The position numbers were made by a program, and so were the translations under genes. From Bacteroidales bacterium (GTDB taxonomy: Bacteria > Bacteroidota > Bacteroidia > Bacteroidales > F082): 64,000 bases of DNA. A model generated the notes under the pieces. It had not been told where the DNA came from and ran no database searches. It saw nothing but the letters and a program-made list of their open reading frames with translations. Of the stretch, positions 54,791-62,081 are shown one piece after another. The DNA lies in NCBI GenBank assembly GCA_017616735.1, contig JAFZXP010000078.1:6630-70629 (forward strand), given 5' to 3'. How positions within the stretch are numbered: the first letter of the stretch is position 1; the number at the start of each line of letters is the position of its first letter.

Positions 54791-55774
54791 TTATTTGACA
54801 ACGCCGAAGCGTTTTGGTTTGAAGCCTTTGTTGATGAGCGGCACCACGGCGTTCATGATAAGGATTGCGAACGACACGCCTTCAGGATACTGTCCCCACA
54901 GACGGATGATGACTGTGATGGCGCCGATACCGATACCGTAAACGATTCTGCCACCGGTTGTCATAGGTGATGTCACCATATCGGTTGCCATGAAGAAGGC
55001 ACCAAGGATGAGACCGCCATAAACGAGATGATACCAAGGAGCGATGTACTGTGTCGGATCTACCAGATAGCAGATGCCTGTCATGATGAACACAGTGAGC
55101 AGGATGCTCAATGGTGTCCAAATGTCGATGACTTTGGTGATGAGCAGGTAGATGGCGCCGATGAGCAATGCTATTGCGCAGATTTCACCGAAAGCGCCGC
55201 CACGGTTGCCAAGTATCATGTCGAGGAACTGTAAGTCGCCCGATTTGGCGAGTGTTCCAGGATCACCTTCTTTCAACAGACTCAATGGGGTAGGACCTGT
55301 CACTGCATCAGCAAAGAATCCTGATTCGAAGATTGGCTGAGCCTTTGGCCAGGTTGTCATGGCTGTCGGAAATGACACAAGCATGAACACACGGCCGACC
55401 AATGCCGGGTTGAACGGGTTCTTGCCCAAGCCACCGAACGACATCTTGGCGATTCCGATTGAAACCACGCTGCCGACGATAACCATCCACAACGGAAGGT
55501 TGGCCGGAACGTTGAAGGCCAGCAAAAGACCTGTCAGAGCGGCTGAGCCGTCGTTGATGGTCAGAGGGCCTTTGAATAAAAATTTCTGAATGAGATACTC
55601 AGTCAGCATGCAAGCTGCCACCGAAACTATGGTCAGGCGCAGGGCATACCAGCCGAAATAATAAATGGCTACAAGCAAAGCAGGGAGCAGGGCTATGATT
55701 ACCATGCTCATGATTTTCTTGACGCTTAAATCTCCGTGAACATGCGGAGAACCTGATATTGTTAACTGATTCAT
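54791..55774 (-). CDS. rnfD: Rnf electron transport complex subunit D
   Basis: RnfD/NqrB-type polytopic protein (SGSPHVHG start, DAVTGPTPL FMN-site region). Operon position. Confidence 0.9.
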   Translation of the reverse strand: MNQLTISGSPHVHGDLSVKKIMSMVIIALLPALLVAIYYFGWYALRLTIVSVAACMLTEYLIQKFLFKGPLTINDGSAALTGLLLAFNVPANLPLWMVIVGSVVSIGIAKMSFGGLGKNPFNPALVGRVFMLVSFPTAMTTWPKAQPIFESGFFADAVTGPTPLSLLKEGDPGTLAKSGDLQFLDMILGNRGGAFGEICAIALLIGAIYLLITKVIDIWTPLSILLTVFIMTGICYLVDPTQYIAPWYHLVYGGLILGAFFMATDMVTSPMTTGGRIVYGIGIGAITVIIRLWGQYPEGVSFAILIMNAVVPLINKGFKPKRFGVVK

Positions 55775-55776
55775 GG

Positions 55777-57126
55777 CTATTTCTGATTACGTGAACGTAT
55801 TAATTGTCCTGTCTTGGTCTTGCCGTAGCGGATATAGTCGGCCAACGGGATGTTGGCAGGGCATGTGAATTCGCATGAGCCGCATTCGATGCAGTCCATG
55901 ATGTTGTGTTTTTCTGTTTCCTCAAACTTGTTCTGACGTGCGAGACGGTTCAGGAGGTAAGGTTCAAGGCCCATTGGGCAGGCTTGCATGCACTTGCCGC
56001 AACGGATGCAGTTGCTGACCTTACGCGGCTGAGCGTCTTTTTCATTGAGCATCAAGATTCCAGAGGTTCCTTTGATGGTCGGGAATGTGGTTACACTCAC
56101 CGACTTGCCCATCATAGGTCCGCCGTTGATGAGGTTCGCTGTGTCTTCAGGTAGACCGCCGGCTGCTTCGATAAGCAAATTGGCAGGTGTTCCGATTCTT
56201 GTCAAGAAGTTAGATGGCTTTTTAACAGATTTACCTGTCACTGTGACGACGCGGTAAACCAACGGTTTGTTCTTCTGTACAGCCTCATAAATAGCGAATG
56301 TCGAAGCTACGTTGACTACGACACATCCGGTTTCGATAGGCAGTTTGCCTGATGGCACCTCGCGTCCGGTCACCGACTTGATGAGCTGTTTTTCACCGCC
56401 TTGAGGATATTTGGTCTTCAAAGGCTGAATCTCGATGCCCTCGAAATAACTGTCGCTCTTCACGATTTCGTCGAGCTTCTTGGCGGCTTCGATTTTGTTG
56501 ACCTCGATTCCGACCACGCCCTTAGGAGCGTTAACGGCTTTCATTATCACTTTCACGCCAACGAGGAACTCGTAAGGTTTCTCAATCAACAGTCGGTTGT
56601 CGCAGGTGAGGTAAGGCTCGCATTCCGCCGCGTTGATGATTACGTATTCGGCTTTCTTGTCCTTTGGTATCATCAGCTTGACGTAGGTTGGGAATGTAGC
56701 GCCGCCCAAACCGACTATGCCGTGCTGTTTGATGCGTTCAACAATCTCTTCGCTTGAGAGGGTGATATCTTTTACTAAAGTGTCGCTGGTGTCAATGCCT
56801 TCTAGCCATTCGTCGCCTTCCACATCGATGAAGATAGCCGGTTTGCGGTAGCCGGTGTGGTCCATCACGTCGTCAATTTTATTGACTGTGCCGCTCACTG
56901 ATGAGTGTACGTTGGCGCTGATGAAGCCCTTGGCTGTGGCGATGAGCTGTCCCACCTTCACCTTGTCGCCCTTTGCGACTATAGGCTCTGCTGGAGCGCC
57001 CAAGCACTGACCGAGCGGGATGATAACCTGCTTCGGTATCTCAAATGTGATGATAGGCTGGTCCGACGAAAGCTTGTTTTCTTCCGGATGAACGCCACCT
57101 TTTGGAAATGTCTTAATTGGATTCAT
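55777..57126 (-). CDS. rnfC: Rnf electron transport complex subunit C
   Basis: Two 4Fe-4S motifs CIRCGKCMQACP and CIECGSCEFTCP. NADH/FMN-binding-type middle region (GIVGLGGATFPT). Confidence 0.9.
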   Translation of the reverse strand: MNPIKTFPKGGVHPEENKLSSDQPIITFEIPKQVIIPLGQCLGAPAEPIVAKGDKVKVGQLIATAKGFISANVHSSVSGTVNKIDDVMDHTGYRKPAIFIDVEGDEWLEGIDTSDTLVKDITLSSEEIVERIKQHGIVGLGGATFPTYVKLMIPKDKKAEYVIINAAECEPYLTCDNRLLIEKPYEFLVGVKVIMKAVNAPKGVVGIEVNKIEAAKKLDEIVKSDSYFEGIEIQPLKTKYPQGGEKQLIKSVTGREVPSGKLPIETGCVVVNVASTFAIYEAVQKNKPLVYRVVTVTGKSVKKPSNFLTRIGTPANLLIEAAGGLPEDTANLINGGPMMGKSVSVTTFPTIKGTSGILMLNEKDAQPRKVSNCIRCGKCMQACPMGLEPYLLNRLARQNKFEETEKHNIMDCIECGSCEFTCPANIPLADYIRYGKTKTGQLIRSRNQK

Positions 57127-57129
57127 ACC

Positions 57130-58041
57130 TTATGCTTTACTTTCGTTAGTTGTTTCTGTTTGATTTGCTTGTGCCGGAGCTTCTGGAGCTTCTACTTTCG
57201 GCTTTCTTGGCGGGAAGTTGACCTCATGGATGCTTCCGCGAGGGCAGACCTCCACGCATTTGCGGCACTGTTTACACTTCGTGTAGTCGATGTAGGCGAG
57301 GTTGCCGCGCATTTCGATGGCTTCGAACGGGCAAGTCTTGAAGCACTTCTGACAAGCTATGCAGCTCACCTTGCAGTTCTTCATGGCAATGGCGCCTTTC
57401 TCAACGTTGTTGCAGGCCACATAAACGCGACGGTTGTTCTTGCCCTTGGCACGAATCTCGATGACTCCGCGCGGACAAGCCTTGGCGCAAGCTCCGCAGC
57501 CTACGCATTTGTCTTCGTCAACCTCAGGAAGACCTGTCTCTTTGTTGATGTGGAGAGCGTTGAACTGGCATTTCTTAACGCAGTCGCCCAAGCCGAGGCA
57601 GCCGTTGGGACATCCGTTCTCGCCTGCATACAAAGTGTTGGCGAAACCGCAGATGTCGGCTCCTTCATAATGCACCTTCGATGGTGCGTTTTCACAAGTG
57701 CCGTTGCATCGTACCACCGCGATCATCGGTTCGGCAACGGTAGCGGTAAGGCCCAGCAGTCCGGCTACTTTCGACATGTCTGAGCTCGGGCAGTTCAACC
57801 CGGCGAGGCTCTTCTTCTCGGCGGCAGCTTTAACGCAAGCCTCCGCGAAGTTACGGCATCCTGCGAAACCGCAGCCGCCGCAATTGGCACCGGCCAGCAC
57901 CGATTCGACTTCGTCGATCAGAGGATTTTCCTCAACCTTGAACTTCTTCGCTACGAAGAACAAAATCAACGCTGCGACCCCACCTAAAATTCCCAAAATG
58001 ATAAGGGACCAAAGTAAAATGTCATTCATAAAACAAAACAT
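57130..58041 (-). CDS. rnfB: Rnf electron transport complex subunit B (polyferredoxin)
   Basis: N-terminal helix, CGGCGFAGC cluster, several CxxCxxCxxxCP ferredoxin motifs (CVGCGACAKACP, CIACQKCFKTCP, CKQCRKCVEVCP). Confidence 0.9.
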   Translation of the reverse strand: MFCFMNDILLWSLIILGILGGVAALILFFVAKKFKVEENPLIDEVESVLAGANCGGCGFAGCRNFAEACVKAAAEKKSLAGLNCPSSDMSKVAGLLGLTATVAEPMIAVVRCNGTCENAPSKVHYEGADICGFANTLYAGENGCPNGCLGLGDCVKKCQFNALHINKETGLPEVDEDKCVGCGACAKACPRGVIEIRAKGKNNRRVYVACNNVEKGAIAMKNCKVSCIACQKCFKTCPFEAIEMRGNLAYIDYTKCKQCRKCVEVCPRGSIHEVNFPPRKPKVEAPEAPAQANQTETTNESKA

Positions 58042-58054
58042 ATTTTTAGCGGTG

Positions 58055-58062
58055 CAAAATTA
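58055..58062 (-). promoter_or_regulatory. Candidate -7 box TAATTTTG for rnfB
   Basis: 13 nt upstream of ATG 58041 (minus sense), in the 53-nt rseC-rnfB spacer. Confidence 0.4.
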
Positions 58063-58094
58063 TTATAATTTTATTAATAAAACAAGTGAAAAAT

Positions 58095-58505
58095 TCACTT
58101 AATTTCATACTTGAATTCGTCTTTCAGTTTGTCTTTGAAAAAGTGTAAAATGCAGTAGTAAACTGCCACGATTCCAATTCCAATTAGTGCCGAAATCCAT
58201 TCTTTGACTGATAAGTTACTGAGAATCACAATTATGGCAACCAGCAGAAATGCCGGTATGAAATATGCGAACAGGGCGGCTTTGTTGCCTTGACTGGCAT
58301 TCATGATAATTCTAACAGGTTGACCCACAATAAATTCCTGGTCGGCTGGCTTGGGCACTGTAAGGCGTTTTTCGGTCATCTCCGACATGCCGCAGGCCGA
58401 CTTGATTCCGCATGAGCCGCATGAGCTGGAGCTAAGTATTTCTATTTCAAGTTCTTCGTCTGAAATTTTTGTTACAACTCCTGGATGTGAAACGTGTTCT
58501 TCCAT
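58095..58505 (-). CDS. rseC: RseC/MucC family (SoxR-reducing system) protein
   Basis: GVVTKISDEELEIEILSSSSCGSCGIKSACG followed by two helices. As I recall, the usual gene preceding rnfB in Bacteroidales. Confidence 0.75.
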   Translation of the reverse strand: MEEHVSHPGVVTKISDEELEIEILSSSSCGSCGIKSACGMSEMTEKRLTVPKPADQEFIVGQPVRIIMNASQGNKAALFAYFIPAFLLVAIIVILSNLSVKEWISALIGIGIVAVYYCILHFFKDKLKDEFKYEIK

Positions 58506-58520
58506 ATGTTAATTTTTTTG

Positions 58521-58528
58521 CAAAGATA
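58521..58528 (-). promoter_or_regulatory. Candidate -7 box TATCTTTG for rseC
   Basis: 15 nt upstream of ATG 58505 (minus sense). Confidence 0.4.
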
Positions 58529-58551
58529 ATAAAATTTTCGGTCAATTTTTA

Positions 58552-58559
58552 TATTTTTG
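58552..58559 (+). promoter_or_regulatory. Candidate -7 box TATTTTTG for yihY
   Basis: 18 nt upstream of ATG 58578. Confidence 0.45.
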
Positions 58560-58577
58560 CATCGTAAAATGTGAGCT

Positions 58578-59537
58578 ATGAAATTTGATTACGAAAAACA
58601 TGTTAACAAAGCTATTGTCATGAAAGACAATGTGATATATCGGCTTAAAGGGATTACTTTGCCAGGTTTTCACGGAAAGCCTCTCTACGACGTGCTGGCT
58701 TATTTTCTGAACGGGTTTACCAAAGGCTACCTGACCGACCGTGGCGCAGCGGTGGCGTTCAATGTGTTTTTGGCGATTTTTCCGGCGGTTATGGTGCTGT
58801 TCACCTTTATCCCGTACATGCCGCTTGAAGGCGTTCAGACAATGATAGTCAATATGATACACCAAATGGTGCCGAAAAACATTGCCGATAGGGTGGTGGG
58901 TACTATCGACGAAATCATGTCGCACCAACACAACACTCTTATGTCGATAGGTATCATAATGGCGTTTTATTTCAGTTCGGGCGCCATCCGCGCGTTTTTC
59001 CGCGGCTTTGACATGGGTGTCAACCACATAGGCAAAATGTCGATGGTCAGGATGTACGGCGGCGGTTTGCTTACAACACTGATTTTGGGCGTTTTGTTGA
59101 TAACATCAATCGTTATTATCATCGTCGGCAACGATTTTCTGCCCGATTTTTTCAATACAATCCATTTTTACAACAAATTTGTAATCACTTTGATTGATAT
59201 CGGACGATGGCTACTAACTGTATTTGTGCTGCTGGTGGCGATTTCTGTGCTATATTATTTCGGCAACCCTCACAAAAACAGGAAATTCCGACTGTTTACC
59301 CCTGGCACTTTAATGTTTACATTGCTCTTCATTCTGGGTACGCTGGGCTTTAATTATTATATCGTCAATTTCTCTAAATACAATGCGCTTTACGGCTCGA
59401 TTGGAGGTTTGATAATATTCATGATGTGGATGTATGTGAACTGCATCATTGTCCTTATCGGCTATGAGCTGGATGCCAGCATATTCTTGGTGGAAAATCA
59501 AATTCCACAGCTGAAGAATAAAAAAACTAATGGCTAA
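58578..59537 (+). CDS. YihY/BrkB (ribonuclease BN-like) family membrane protein
   Basis: DRGAAVAFNVFLAIFPAVMVL and YGSIGGLIIFMMWMY are typical of the YihY family. 6 helices. Confidence 0.8.
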   Translation: MKFDYEKHVNKAIVMKDNVIYRLKGITLPGFHGKPLYDVLAYFLNGFTKGYLTDRGAAVAFNVFLAIFPAVMVLFTFIPYMPLEGVQTMIVNMIHQMVPKNIADRVVGTIDEIMSHQHNTLMSIGIIMAFYFSSGAIRAFFRGFDMGVNHIGKMSMVRMYGGGLLTTLILGVLLITSIVIIIVGNDFLPDFFNTIHFYNKFVITLIDIGRWLLTVFVLLVAISVLYYFGNPHKNRKFRLFTPGTLMFTLLFILGTLGFNYYIVNFSKYNALYGSIGGLIIFMMWMYVNCIIVLIGYELDASIFLVENQIPQLKNKKTNG

Positions 59538-59555
59538 TGGCTGATGGCTAACGGC
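59531..59555 (+). repeat. Heptamer array TGGCTAA TGGCTGA TGGCTAA CGGC
   Basis: The first unit encodes the last codons and stop of yihY. Same unit as the reverse complement of the 10883 array. Confidence 0.8.
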
Positions 59556-59562
59556 TTTTTAT

Positions 59563-59570
59563 TATTTTTG
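59563..59570 (+). promoter_or_regulatory. Candidate -7 box TATTTTTG for gpsA
   Basis: 16 nt upstream of ATG 59587. Confidence 0.45.
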
Positions 59571-59586
59571 CAAAAATTTTAATAAA

Positions 59587-60567
59587 ATGCGAAAAATTGT
59601 TTTTATCGGAAGCGGAGCTATTGCTACAGCGATAGGTGATGTGCTTGCTGGCAAGAACGTGGATGAGATTTATTTGCTTTCCATTGAAAATGAAGTGGTT
59701 GAGATGGTTAACCGCTTGCATGTCAATACATTGTATTTCCCCAAATGCAGGCTGCAGGAGAATTTGCGAGCCACATCCGACAAAAATATTCTCAAGGATG
59801 CCGATGTCGTTTTTATGGCTATCCCATCGACGGCAGTTGTCGATTATATCAAGGAAAACAAGCAGTATCTGAATCCAAAGGCGTTAGTGGTCAATTTAGC
59901 CAAGGGATTCGGCAACGACGGACAAATCATTCCTGACAGTATCAGTCAACTGATTCCTAATCCTCTGATGACGCTGAAAGGCCCTTCGTTCGCCCGCGAA
60001 ATCATCAATCGGCAGGATACCGGCCTGACTGCTGCCGCCACCAACGAGAATCTTTATCGAATCATCACGGAAATATTTGAAAAAACTGTAATCCGCACTG
60101 ATTTCACCACCGATGTGACAGGCGTGGAATATGCTTCGATACTGAAAAATATCTATGCCATCGTTATCGGAATGGTCGATGCCAACTTTGATTCGGCCAA
60201 CCTCCGCTCGATATTTATCACTATGGCACTCAACGAGATGCGTTGCCTGGTGACATCGTTTGGCGGCAGGGAAATGACCATGTACAACTATTGCGGATTC
60301 GGCGATTTCTCACTGACTGCTCTCAACGACATGAGCCGCAACCGCACTCTCGGCTTGCTTATCGGCAAAGGATTCTTCAACACAAGCATCTCCGACAATG
60401 TTGTGCTGGAAGGCCGCATAGCCGTTGACATTTTCTATAAGAAGATTGTCGATAGTAATCTGGATGTCAACGACTTTCCGCTTGTCAGCGAACTTTACCG
60501 CGTGTTTAACGAAAACTATCCGATTCGTAAATTCATCAAGAATATCTTGAAAAACAGATGGGAATAG
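59587..60567 (+). CDS. gpsA: NAD(P)H-dependent glycerol-3-phosphate dehydrogenase
   Basis: Rossmann motif KIVFIGSGAIATAIG, then VVNLAKGF and LKGPSFAREI. 326 aa. Confidence 0.85.
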   Translation: MRKIVFIGSGAIATAIGDVLAGKNVDEIYLLSIENEVVEMVNRLHVNTLYFPKCRLQENLRATSDKNILKDADVVFMAIPSTAVVDYIKENKQYLNPKALVVNLAKGFGNDGQIIPDSISQLIPNPLMTLKGPSFAREIINRQDTGLTAAATNENLYRIITEIFEKTVIRTDFTTDVTGVEYASILKNIYAIVIGMVDANFDSANLRSIFITMALNEMRCLVTSFGGREMTMYNYCGFGDFSLTALNDMSRNRTLGLLIGKGFFNTSISDNVVLEGRIAVDIFYKKIVDSNLDVNDFPLVSELYRVFNENYPIRKFIKNILKNRWE

Positions 60568-62081
60568 TAGTTAGGCAGAGTATTAAAGGTACGATAATGA
60601 ACTACTTAGGCGTTGCCGTAGGGTTCATTACCACCTTCTTTGTGATGACAAAATATCTCACGCAAGAGGAGGTGGGCCTGACTCGTGTCATGGCCGATGC
60701 AGCCATTTTGCTGTCTGGCTTGGGTGCTTTGGGCACCAATACCTCGGCCATACGCTATTATCCGTATTTTCACGATCCCCAAAGCCGCGATCACGGCTTT
60801 TTCGGCTGGACATTGATAGTGCCGGCAATAGGTTTCACGATATTCACCATACTTTTCTTTGCCTTTAAGAATACGGTAATCGAGATGTTTGAAGACAAAT
60901 CGTCGTTATTTGTCGACTACATTTATCTTGTCATCCCGATGGCGTTTTTCATGATGTATATGACTGTGTTCGAGACCAATGCCAATGTACTTATGCGCAT
61001 TGTGGTTCCGAAGATGGTGAGGGAGGTGGGCATCCGCCTGTTTACGCTGGCCGACTATGTATTGTACATCACAAAGGTGATCGATTTGGACGAGATGGTG
61101 ATTGGACTGTGCCTTGCGTATTTGGTAGCTACATTGCTGAATATCATATACTTGCTTTGCTTGTCGAAAATCAGTTTCAAAATAGAGCCGGGGCATGTGT
61201 CCAAGTGGTTGCGCCATGATTTTCTGTTTTACACCTTGTTCCTGACTGTTGCGGCTGTGATTGGCAATATCATCCCCAGCATCAATACATTCCTCATTTC
61301 GGCTCAATTAGGGCTGGCTATTACCGGTATTTACACCATAGCTTCGTACATGGCCAATTTGGTGGAGATACCGTATCGTTCGGTGTCGGCAATATCGCGT
61401 CCGATTATCTCAAGGGCTATGAAAGACAATGATAATCAACGGGCTGCGGCAATATGCAAGAGCGTTTCAATGCATCAGCTGATAGCTGGAGCCTTTGTGT
61501 TTTTCATCATATGGATCAATATTGATTTGTTCTTTGAGTTGTTGCCCAATGGCGACAAATACGCGGACGGCAAATGGGTTTTCTTTATTCTGGGGCTTGC
61601 CAAGCTGGTTAATTCATCGCTTAATATAGGCGTGACGGTGCTCAGCTATTCGCGCTGGTACTACCTGCAATTGATTTTTACCGCCATACTTACCGTCAGC
61701 GCCATTGTTTTAAACAACGCTCTGATTCCGGTTTTCGGCATGACGGGGGCGGCCTGGTCGTCGATAATTTCGTTCTCGATTTATTATCTTTGTCTGCTTT
61801 CACTCATAATCTGGAAGACCAAGATTTCGCCTTTCTCATGGAAGGAATTGGTGGTAATTTTGGTTGTAGTTGTAATGTTTATATTAAATTGGTTATCAGT
61901 TGAATATATATTTAAATCTATAAAATACTTTAATGACTGTGGATTGGTTGTGAAACTGGTTGAAGCGGCTGTCAGAACACTGGTTTTGGTGGCTGTCGGA
62001 CTGGCGATTATATACCAAACCAAGATATCCAAAGAGATTAATGAAATAATCGATAAACTGTTCAAGAAAAGATATGCTTAG
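60558..62081 (+). CDS. Oligosaccharide/polysaccharide flippase family protein (Wzx/MOP superfamily)
   Basis: 507 aa with about 14 helices. N-terminus VRQSIKGTIMNYLGVAVGFITTFFV is typical of Bacteroidota polysaccharide biosynthesis proteins. 10-nt overlap with gpsA. Confidence 0.75.
   Translation: MGIVVRQSIKGTIMNYLGVAVGFITTFFVMTKYLTQEEVGLTRVMADAAILLSGLGALGTNTSAIRYYPYFHDPQSRDHGFFGWTLIVPAIGFTIFTILFFAFKNTVIEMFEDKSSLFVDYIYLVIPMAFFMMYMTVFETNANVLMRIVVPKMVREVGIRLFTLADYVLYITKVIDLDEMVIGLCLAYLVATLLNIIYLLCLSKISFKIEPGHVSKWLRHDFLFYTLFLTVAAVIGNIIPSINTFLISAQLGLAITGIYTIASYMANLVEIPYRSVSAISRPIISRAMKDNDNQRAAAICKSVSMHQLIAGAFVFFIIWINIDLFFELLPNGDKYADGKWVFFILGLAKLVNSSLNIGVTVLSYSRWYYLQLIFTAILTVSAIVLNNALIPVFGMTGAAWSSIISFSIYYLCLLSLIIWKTKISPFSWKELVVILVVVVMFILNWLSVEYIFKSIKYFNDCGLVVKLVEAAVRTLVLVAVGLAIIYQTKISKEINEIIDKLFKKRYA

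Noticed and set aside
56905-57783. 292-aa plus-strand ORF across the rnfC/rnfB junction
   Set aside because: It is antisense to two genes with unmistakable Fe-S motifs, and it spans their intergenic gap, which a real gene would not need. No recognisable motifs.
58542-59027. 161-aa minus-strand ORF inside yihY
   Set aside because: It is antisense to a well-supported YihY family membrane protein. The product is His/Arg/Lys-rich with no motif, and it would overlap the divergent promoter region.
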